Shown here: piece by piece, positions 27,929 to 34,849 of the stretch
How the letters are laid out: each line of letters begins with the position of its first letter
Position numbering within the stretch: the stretch's first letter is position 1
Assembly: GCA_050246815.1 (NCBI GenBank)
Contig: JBFWVI010000035.1
Coordinates: 1-34,849 of the forward strand
DNA from: Bdellovibrionales bacterium
GTDB lineage: Bacteria; Bdellovibrionota; Bdellovibrionia; Bdellovibrionales; UBA1609
DNA length: 34,849 nucleotides
Reading direction: 5' to 3'
Made by a program: the position numbers and the translations under genes
The notes under the pieces: model-generated
What the model was told of the DNA's origin: nothing
The model's database searches: none
The model's input: only the letters and a program-made list of their open reading frames with translations

Positions 27929-28000
27929 AAAGTAGCAATCCAGTGAAGAGGTGTGACGGCTTCCCACAACGAACCTGCAGCCGTCTGCTGCACTTTTCAA

Positions 28001-28017
28001 TTGGTATAGAAAATGCT
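28001..28017 (+). promoter_or_regulatory. Putative sigma54 (-24/-12) promoter
   Basis: TTGGTATAGAAAATGCT is GG-N10-GC, upstream of the 28074 gene. Confidence 0.5.
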
Positions 28018-28073
28018 CAAGACCAGATCCACCAAGACTTTCGGCAGGCCCTCGCGGCCGTCAGGAGATAAAA

Positions 28074-28487
28074 ATGAAATGGCTGGCTATTGTTTGGTCA
28101 TGGGGTCTATTTTTAAATTTGGCGCACGCTGATATCCGGTTAAATGCTCCGGCGGGCCAAGATTTGTTTAAAGTCGGGCAAATTCGAAATATTTATATCA
28201 ATCACACGCAGGACGGTGGTCGCCGTCTTGGCGTCTATATTCGCCTAGTGAGTGAGGGCATGGTCGGCGGTCAACGTGTGGCCGTAGGCGATTCCACCGA
28301 AGTGTATATACCCCTTATGCTACTCAAACAGCGTGGCATGGACGCGATTCAGTTTGGTCAAAGCTTAGCTCAAAACGAAATTGACGTCGGCCTTTATGTC
28401 AAAGCTGACCCGATCTTCAGCCGTCAGGGGCGGCACACTCTAGAAGTCCAGGACTTTGCTGTCGCATTCAAACTGCCCAACCCTTAG
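28074..28487 (+). CDS. Secreted hypothetical protein
   Basis: RBS AGGAG. MKWLAIVWSWGLFLNLAHA-D signal peptide. Confidence 0.8.
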   Translation: MKWLAIVWSWGLFLNLAHADIRLNAPAGQDLFKVGQIRNIYINHTQDGGRRLGVYIRLVSEGMVGGQRVAVGDSTEVYIPLMLLKQRGMDAIQFGQSLAQNEIDVGLYVKADPIFSRQGRHTLEVQDFAVAFKLPNP

Positions 28488-28569
28488 CCGAATTTTTCAA
28501 GACGACGACAAATTGCGCATAATTTACCCAACTTGCGAATTGCTGACGAACCAACAGAAGCTGCGATAA

Positions 28570-29382
28570 TTAAAGGCTTATGCTTAATAAACTAGGTTTG
28601 CCTTTGTAGTTATTCGAGAATACGACAAAACTTTTTTGAGTTGTTTCAATTAAGATAGGAATTCCTAGGTTTTTGATCTGACTTTTTGTCGTTCCATCGA
28701 AAGACACTTTGATCAATTCTCCAAGTTCTGTATCAAGAACCCATAAATTGCCGCCCTGATAGATTAAGCCTTCTGGATTTCTCCATTTAAAGGCTGAATC
28801 AAAAGATCTTACAAATTTATTTTTGTCGAACTGCCAAAGCGATACTCTGCCATCGGCCTGACCTTGTTCAGAAATCCAAACATGGCCATTCTCCGTGAAA
28901 GCAAAATCAAAGGGAGCATCTAAGCCCGAAATAAGTGTTGTAAGGCGGCCTGTTGGAGTGACTCGAACAAAATTTCCCGCATACGTAATGATATAGACTT
29001 GACCATCAGGTCCGGCTTTTGCTTGCCAAGGATTTGTAACTGCCCACTGGTTTAAAACTTTTAAGTTCTTATCGGTCTCGTAAACAATGGAGCCCTGAAG
29101 GTCGCTGATAAGGTAACCTGTTTGAGTTTTAGATATTCCCGCTAACCCACTGCCGCTGAATTTTCCTTTCGCTATTTCGTTCTTTGAAAAAATAAAGAGA
29201 GAACTTTCACAGGGATCTTGGGATCTAAATGTATCCGTGAGAATAAGCTCATTTTTGTGGGAAAATACCATTCCATGAGCCCCGACAATGGGAACTGTCT
29301 GAACGGAACCTAACGTCACAGACTCTGCGTGTGCCGATAAAGAGAACATTAAAACCAATAAACTTTTCAACTGAGGCCCCAT
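28570..29382 (-). CDS. Secreted beta-propeller protein (NHL/SMP-30-like)
   Basis: MGPQLKSLLVLMFSLSAHA-E signal peptide. Repeats NPWQAKAGPDGQVYI, APFDFAFTENGHVWISE, NPEGLIYQGGNLWVLD. Confidence 0.75.
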   Translation of the reverse strand: MGPQLKSLLVLMFSLSAHAESVTLGSVQTVPIVGAHGMVFSHKNELILTDTFRSQDPCESSLFIFSKNEIAKGKFSGSGLAGISKTQTGYLISDLQGSIVYETDKNLKVLNQWAVTNPWQAKAGPDGQVYIITYAGNFVRVTPTGRLTTLISGLDAPFDFAFTENGHVWISEQGQADGRVSLWQFDKNKFVRSFDSAFKWRNPEGLIYQGGNLWVLDTELGELIKVSFDGTTKSQIKNLGIPILIETTQKSFVVFSNNYKGKPSLLSISL

Positions 29383-29500
29383 ACGATACGTAAGATAAAT
29401 ACGAATTACCGTAACAAAAATTATTTGTAAAGTGGGCAATCTTCACCGGCCGGGGCTTGTCCTATCCATTTACGAATCAACCCCATCGGTCCGGCAGCAA

Positions 29501-29517
29501 CTGGCGCATTATTTGCT
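29501..29517 (+). promoter_or_regulatory. Sigma54-like promoter with no full-length downstream + strand gene
   Basis: CTGGCGCATTATTTGCT closely matches TGGCAC-N5-TTGC. Confidence 0.45.
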
Positions 29518-29558
29518 AACTATCGACGTATGCGAGCCATAGCACCTATATTCAAAAA

Positions 29559-30068
29559 TTAACGTGGGCGCAGCTGACAAAGCTCCGCATAAAAAGTCAG
29601 CGGCAAAAAATACGTATTAGAGTCGGTACCGACAGCCAGCTGAATGGTCCATGATTTAAATTCACCATTTGCGCCTGTCGCGGTTTTTTGCCAGGTTGAC
29701 ATCAAACTGTTGGTATAGGGAAACGCGGTGACGGGCATGCCCACGCCACAGGTCATCAGGCCTGGCGCGGTCGAAGCGCAAGTGCCTTTGTCCCAGCGAA
29801 GCTCGCCGGTTTGCGGGAAATCTTTTAAATCTTCGATTTGATATTTCAGCATCGGCAATTGCCAGGCGCTGACCGGGGAGTCCGTCAGCGGAATATTGTG
29901 GATGCCACCTTCGACCGCCCACTGAAGTCGGGTTCCACTTTCAGGCTCGTGAATCAAAACAACTCGGCTGGCCGGGCGTTTTTGCACACAGTGAAGAATA
30001 AAGCCGCGGTCATCGGCATATGCGGTACGGATCAGCAGCAAACTTAAAACAAAAATGAACACTTTCAT
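29559..30068 (-). CDS. Secreted hypothetical protein with four Cys
   Basis: RBS GAGGGGG before ATG 30068. MKVFIFVLSLLLIRTAYA-D signal peptide. Confidence 0.8.
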   Translation of the reverse strand: MKVFIFVLSLLLIRTAYADDRGFILHCVQKRPASRVVLIHEPESGTRLQWAVEGGIHNIPLTDSPVSAWQLPMLKYQIEDLKDFPQTGELRWDKGTCASTAPGLMTCGVGMPVTAFPYTNSLMSTWQKTATGANGEFKSWTIQLAVGTDSNTYFLPLTFYAELCQLRPR

Positions 30069-30275
30069 GGGTCCCCCTCGGCTGTTTGGCAACATAAGCA
30101 AACACGGGGGTCGTGGATAGCGGCGGTGCCCCTTTGAAAAAGCTTCAAGGTCGACCAAGTCGAGGGCGCTCAGAGGCCTGCGTAAATCACTAAAATAACG
30201 GCCTTTTACCCGATCTCTGGGCTTCTTTGCCGCTTTGTGGTAGACACTGGCGTTTTGGTGAATCAGGTGACCCGA

Positions 30276-31328
30276 ATGCTCGAAAAAATTCGTTTCTATA
30301 ATTTAAATATGGCGGAGCTGGCCGACGTGCTTAAGGGCTTGGGCAAAGAGGGCTTTCGTGCCCAACAACTGTTTCGTTGGGTCTATGGCGAGCGCCAAAC
30401 CGACCCGGAAAAAATGCTGAATCTGGCTAAAGACTTCCGCAAAGAATTGCCAGCACGTTTTGATTTTTCATTGCCTGAGATTGTCACTGAACACGTCAGT
30501 AAAGACGGCACCAAAAAGTATCTGTTCAACGTCGGTGCCGGTAAAACCGTGGAAGCGGTGGTGATTCCTTCTGAAGACCGGCTGACACTTTGTCTGTCGT
30601 CGGAAGTGGGTTGCAATATGGCGTGTAAATTCTGTTTCACCGCCAAACAAAAGCTGCAACGCCGACTGGAAACTTGGGAAATCGTGGGTCAATACTTAGT
30701 CGTCAACGATCGCTTGGCGCTTGAAGGCCAAAAGCTGACCAACATCGTCTTTATGGGGATGGGCGAACCCCTGGACAACCCCGACAACGTGTTTAAATCC
30801 ATCGAAATTTTTCATTCGCCGTGGGGCCTGAATTTGTCGCGAAAAAAAATCACGGTGTCGACCTCAGGGATTGTGCCGATGATCCCCCTGGTGGCCAAAT
30901 CGGGGGCCCGTTTAGCGGTCAGCCTGAACGCGGTTAACGATCAGGTGCGCAGCGAAGTTATGCCGATCAATAAACGTTGGCCGCTCAAAGACCTTTTGGC
31001 CGCCTGCCAGCAACATTACGAAGATTCGGGGGATAAGATCACCTTTGAATACGTGTTGCTAAAAGGCGTCACCGATTCTTTGGCGGACGCCAAAGCTCTT
31101 TATGAGTTGACGAAACCTATTCCGTGCAAGATCAATATCATACCCTTCAATGAGCACCCCAACTCGGGGTATGAGCGCCCGGAAGAGTCGCGCATCGTGG
31201 CCTTTCATAACGAGTTGATGCGTTTGGGGGCCCATGTGTTACGTCGTCGCACCATGGGGCGGGATATTTACGCGGCCTGCGGTCAATTGACCACAGTGGC
31301 GAATAAGCCCACGGAATTGTCGGTTTAA
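30276..31328 (+). CDS. rlmN: 23S rRNA m2A2503/tRNA m2A37 methyltransferase RlmN
   Basis: CNMACKFC, FMGMGEP, TVSTSG, EYVLL, AACGQL. Start ATG 30276. Confidence 0.95.
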   Translation: MLEKIRFYNLNMAELADVLKGLGKEGFRAQQLFRWVYGERQTDPEKMLNLAKDFRKELPARFDFSLPEIVTEHVSKDGTKKYLFNVGAGKTVEAVVIPSEDRLTLCLSSEVGCNMACKFCFTAKQKLQRRLETWEIVGQYLVVNDRLALEGQKLTNIVFMGMGEPLDNPDNVFKSIEIFHSPWGLNLSRKKITVSTSGIVPMIPLVAKSGARLAVSLNAVNDQVRSEVMPINKRWPLKDLLAACQQHYEDSGDKITFEYVLLKGVTDSLADAKALYELTKPIPCKINIIPFNEHPNSGYERPEESRIVAFHNELMRLGAHVLRRRTMGRDIYAACGQLTTVANKPTELSV

Positions 31329-31368
31329 CAAACCATTCGATTAAGCTAGATGGCGGGGAAGAAGAGTT

Positions 31369-32280
31369 ATGTCCGAGATCTTGGTTGTTGGTAGCGTCGC
31401 TTACGATTCCATTGGAACTCCGGCGGGAAAAGTGGAAAGCACCCTGGGTGGATCGGCCAATTACTTCGCCACCGCAGCTTCGCTTTATGCCCAAGTGAAT
31501 GTGGTGGGCGTGGTCGGCGAAGACTATAGGTCAGAAGATTTGCAGATCTTGCGCGACCGTAAAGTGAATTTGGATGGACTTAAACAAGTGCCCGGCAAAA
31601 CCTTTCGTTGGACCGGCCGCTATGAGGGCGGCATGAATGAAGCCATCACCATGGACACGCAGTTGAACGTGTTCGCCAATTTTTCACCGCAGTTGCCGTC
31701 GGCCTACAAACATTCGCCCTACGTCTTCTTGGCCAACATCGATCCTGAATTGCAATTGAATGTGCTCGAGCAAATCGAACGCCCGAAGCTTGTGGGCGCC
31801 GACACCATGAATTATTGGATCGACAGCAAGCTTGAAGGTTTGAAACGTTTATTGAAACGTATCGATTTTCTTTTGATCAATGAGGGCGAGTTGCGCCGAT
31901 TGACCGGCGATTGGAACACCATTGCGGCCGTCAAAAAAGTGGTGAATATGGGCCCCAAGGCCGTGGTCATCAAGCGCGGCGAGTACGGTTTTGTGATGTA
32001 CACCGAAAATCGGTTTTTCATTCTGCCCGCATTCCCGGTTGAAAATGTCATCGACCCTACGGGGGCCGGTGATACTTTTGCCGGCGGCGTTTTTGGTTAC
32101 CTGGCAAAGACCGGTGAGTCGCTATCGTACGCCAATCTGCGCCAAGCTTGTGTGCACGGCTGTTTGATGGCCAGCTTCACAGTTCAAGACTTTGGTCTGA
32201 TGGCTCTTCGAAATGTGAACTGGGCCGACGTCGAGAAACGCCAAAGCCAATATCTCGAAATCATCTCTTACTCGATCTAA
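31369..32280 (+). CDS. PfkB/ribokinase-family kinase
   Basis: VVGSVAYD, LGGSANY, INEGE, KRGEYG, DPTGAGDTFAGG. Confidence 0.9.
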   Translation: MSEILVVGSVAYDSIGTPAGKVESTLGGSANYFATAASLYAQVNVVGVVGEDYRSEDLQILRDRKVNLDGLKQVPGKTFRWTGRYEGGMNEAITMDTQLNVFANFSPQLPSAYKHSPYVFLANIDPELQLNVLEQIERPKLVGADTMNYWIDSKLEGLKRLLKRIDFLLINEGELRRLTGDWNTIAAVKKVVNMGPKAVVIKRGEYGFVMYTENRFFILPAFPVENVIDPTGAGDTFAGGVFGYLAKTGESLSYANLRQACVHGCLMASFTVQDFGLMALRNVNWADVEKRQSQYLEIISYSI

Positions 32281-32348
32281 GTCTTAATTCGGACTTACTT
32301 AGGGCCTGGCATTAGGTCTGGTTCGGGCAAATTGCACCCCCCAGTTCT

Positions 32349-32375
32349 TAATGGATTTACAAGGATTTCCGATAG
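32349..32375 (+). promoter_or_regulatory. Putative sigma28 (FliA) promoter
   Basis: TAAT-N15-TCCGATAG versus consensus TAAA-N15-GCCGATAA; ends 9 nt before ATG 32385. Confidence 0.55.
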
Positions 32376-32384
32376 CTTAACTGG

Positions 32385-33380
32385 ATGAGTGGCAAAAAAT
32401 CAAAGTCACTGGCCATGAAGCTGATCGACGATTTGCTCGACGATGAGAGCGAAACGACGCCAACAGGTGCTGGCCAGAAAAAAATGAAGAAGCCCGAAGT
32501 GATAGATCCCGAGGGGGAAGAGCCCACGGGTGCGTCTCATCCTATTGCCAAGAATGACCAAACCGAACATCTTGATCTGGAGCTTTCGGACATTGTCGCA
32601 TTGCCTGAAGATCCTCCTCCGAAGCCGCCTGAAGACGCCACTCTTCGTTTGCAAGAATCGAAGCTGCACATCAATTCAGTGAAATTGACCGAAAAGATTC
32701 CTTCAGGCCCACCGCCCAGATCTGAGCCTGAAGTCAAACAGGTGGTCGGGCGCTATGCACCTTTACGTGCGGGCGGGTTCAGTTCGGCCACAGAGGCTTC
32801 GCTGGCCACTTCGGAAAATTTGCGAATCGCGCAAAATCGTATCCTGGAGTTGGAGCAAGAGCTTGGCCGTTTGCGTACTAGCAACGAACAATTGGCCGCC
32901 GCCGGCGAAACTTTGCGCCGCCGCGCCGACGAACTTTTTGTGCAGACCTCGACTTTGCAAGAGCGCTTAACCCGCACCATGGAAACCAAAGAGCAAGAGG
33001 TGGAAATCCTGCGTCACGCCCAGCTGCAAAAAGACAAAGATGTGGGTGCTATGCGTCTGAAGATTGAAGAATTGGAGATGCGGCTTTCGACCAACATTCA
33101 AAAAATTCGGGTGCGTGAACGTGAATTAGAAAATCGCCTGGAGTTGATCAAAATGGAAAGCTCGGCACTGGTGCGCAACAAAGACGAGATCATCTTGGAT
33201 TTGAAACGCCAACTTGATCAAATCAACTTGGAGCTTGAAAACTATCGCAATAAAGGCCATGAGCTGAACAAGCAGATCAACGACAAACAAGAGATGCTTC
33301 GCCGCACTGTCAAAGCCCTGCGCATCGCCCTTTCGATGCTGGAAGGCGATGACGAGAGCGCACAAAAGAAGGCGAAGTAA
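32385..33380 (+). CDS. Hypothetical protein: disordered Pro/acidic N-half plus long coiled coil
   Basis: Continuous heptad-rich helix from ENLRIAQNRILELEQEL to the C-terminus. Confidence 0.85.
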   Translation: MSGKKSKSLAMKLIDDLLDDESETTPTGAGQKKMKKPEVIDPEGEEPTGASHPIAKNDQTEHLDLELSDIVALPEDPPPKPPEDATLRLQESKLHINSVKLTEKIPSGPPPRSEPEVKQVVGRYAPLRAGGFSSATEASLATSENLRIAQNRILELEQELGRLRTSNEQLAAAGETLRRRADELFVQTSTLQERLTRTMETKEQEVEILRHAQLQKDKDVGAMRLKIEELEMRLSTNIQKIRVRERELENRLELIKMESSALVRNKDEIILDLKRQLDQINLELENYRNKGHELNKQINDKQEMLRRTVKALRIALSMLEGDDESAQKKAK

Positions 33381-33381
33381 A

Positions 33382-34758
33382 GTGGCTGAGCGGGTGGTTT
33401 TTCTTATTGATGAACGGGAAAATCGTGAGCCGACTTCTAGCTTGCTGCGTTTAAAAGGCTACGATGTCATCGAAACCGACAAGTTGACTGTGGTGGAAAC
33501 CGAACTTGATCATCCCAGTTTTTCGCTTTTGGTTTATGCCGGCGACGGTGGTGAATCCCTGGAGATCTGCCAAAAGCTGGCTGCGCGAAGCACCCAAGTT
33601 CCCATTCTTTATATTCTGGACAAAAAGCAAAATACGGTGGCGATCGAGGACCATCGTCAATGTCTTGGATCGACTTGCTCTGAGCGGGAATTGCTCGAAA
33701 ATGTGCATATATTGACCCGAATGGGTCGGCTTCATCGTCGGATTCATCAGCTGTCACAGTTGGCCTCGGGCTCTACAGCCGTGGATCAAATGTTCACCAA
33801 GCTCGATATCCATCATATCTTGGATCGCGTACTTTCTTATTTCGGTGCTCGGGTGGAAGTTGAAAATTTGCATTGGATCCGTTGGACGGATTTGCCACAC
33901 ATGTTGCAGACCGAAAGGAAGGTCTTGTCGCTTGAGATGGAGGTCTTCGAAGCCCGCAGCCCAAGGGTGATGTCGCTTCATCAAATGGAAATGAATCATT
34001 TGTTTAAGTTGCTGTCTTCCTCTTTGTACACGCACGAGCTATCAGAAAAAGCCCAGCTTTCGCATTGGACGGCCAAGGTGGACGGACAGGGTTTACTCTA
34101 CGTGCCGGTGCAGAGCTTAAATGGTGGCGTCCCACTGGGACTTTTATTGTTCGAAGGCACGGAACTGACGGAACAAGAAAATTTAGGCCCGCATATTACG
34201 GAAAGCCTGCGTTTAATGGCCCGCTACATCGAGTTTGGGTTGAGTCATTGGGATTCCAAAACCCTTGCCATGACAGATGATTTAACCGATTTGTACAATC
34301 AGCGCTATTTGCCGGTTGTTTTGGACAATGAAATCAATCGGGCGCAGCGCCGTCGATCTGAATTTTCAGTGCTATTTATGGATCTTGACTACTTTAAGGC
34401 GGTCAATGACACCAAGGGTCACTGGATCGGCTCCAAATTGCTGAAAGAAGTGAGCGAGATTCTGAAGCGCTGTATTCGAAGCTGCGATTTTGGCTTCCGT
34501 TACGGCGGCGATGAGTTCGTAGTGATTTTGCCCGATACGAACATTCAAGGTGGACAGATCGTGGCCGAGCGCATTAGACATGCTATCGAAACGACGCATT
34601 TTCTGATCGATGGCCACGACATGCGATTGACGGTCAGCGTGGGTTTGGCGGGATATCCGCATCATGCCCTAACTCGCGAAGACATCATTCAATTGGCTGA
34701 CCAGGCCATGTATTACGGAAAACGCAAGAGTCGAAACATTGTTTACGTCGCGAGCTAA
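33382..34758 (+). CDS. Hypr-type GGDEF dinucleotide cyclase (probable 3',3'-cGAMP synthase) with pseudo-receiver N-terminus
   Basis: TDDLTDLYN, DLDYFKAVND, GHWIGSKLL (Ser at the usual Asp position), RSCD I-site, RYGGDEF. Start GTG 33382. Confidence 0.85.
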   Translation: MAERVVFLIDERENREPTSSLLRLKGYDVIETDKLTVVETELDHPSFSLLVYAGDGGESLEICQKLAARSTQVPILYILDKKQNTVAIEDHRQCLGSTCSERELLENVHILTRMGRLHRRIHQLSQLASGSTAVDQMFTKLDIHHILDRVLSYFGARVEVENLHWIRWTDLPHMLQTERKVLSLEMEVFEARSPRVMSLHQMEMNHLFKLLSSSLYTHELSEKAQLSHWTAKVDGQGLLYVPVQSLNGGVPLGLLLFEGTELTEQENLGPHITESLRLMARYIEFGLSHWDSKTLAMTDDLTDLYNQRYLPVVLDNEINRAQRRRSEFSVLFMDLDYFKAVNDTKGHWIGSKLLKEVSEILKRCIRSCDFGFRYGGDEFVVILPDTNIQGGQIVAERIRHAIETTHFLIDGHDMRLTVSVGLAGYPHHALTREDIIQLADQAMYYGKRKSRNIVYVAS

Positions 34759-34849
34759 TGAAAAAGAAACGTATCAAATTAGTAGTCAGCGATTTGCATC
34801 TTGGGTGCGGCATTGTTTTGGAAAACGGCCAACTCAATTCGCTGGAGGA
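34758..34849 (+). CDS. Calcineurin-like metallophosphoesterase, 5' fragment
   Basis: ATG overlaps the upstream TAA (TAATG). MKKKRIKLVVSDLHLG carries the first DxH metal motif. Truncated by the window edge. Confidence 0.7.
   Translation, partial: MKKKRIKLVVSDLHLGCGIVLENGQLNSLE

Noticed and set aside
32281..32384. GEMM (c-di-GMP/cGAMP) riboswitch ahead of the cyclase operon
   Set aside because: Only a short GGGCAAA match; the two-hairpin GEMM architecture is not present.

Overview
Bacterial chromosomal window, probably from a Bdellovibrionota-like predator. This is inferred from gene content: many small signal-peptide orphans, a Hypr-type GGDEF, and sigma28/sigma54-like promoter motifs. The left 7.6 kb is a minus-strand operon of two apparently exported AAA+ proteins. 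One is an 834-aa PrkA/YeaG-family ATPase with a Sec-type signal peptide. The other is a >1675-aa ORF that the ORF track missed because it runs off the window edge; it has a signal peptide, about three beta-rich repeats, two degenerate Clp-like AAA modules and one intact AAA+ domain. The rest is mostly housekeeping: an MnmC-type methyltransferase with a TIGR01212 radical SAM, an Rsm22-like methyltransferase, GT9, an aldolase-mtnA-mtnP salvage operon, gcvP, epmA, ihfB, GT4s, mutT, pyrD, gdh, rfaE1, rlmN and a PfkB kinase. There is also a heptamer tandem repeat and a long stem-loop before an XRE-HTH gene, an islet of three secreted orphans, and a coiled-coil / Hypr-GGDEF (probable 3',3'-cGAMP synthase) / metallophosphoesterase operon at the right edge. 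No rRNA, tRNA, CRISPR or transposase was recognised. All family calls are from motif recognition by eye; no database search was run.
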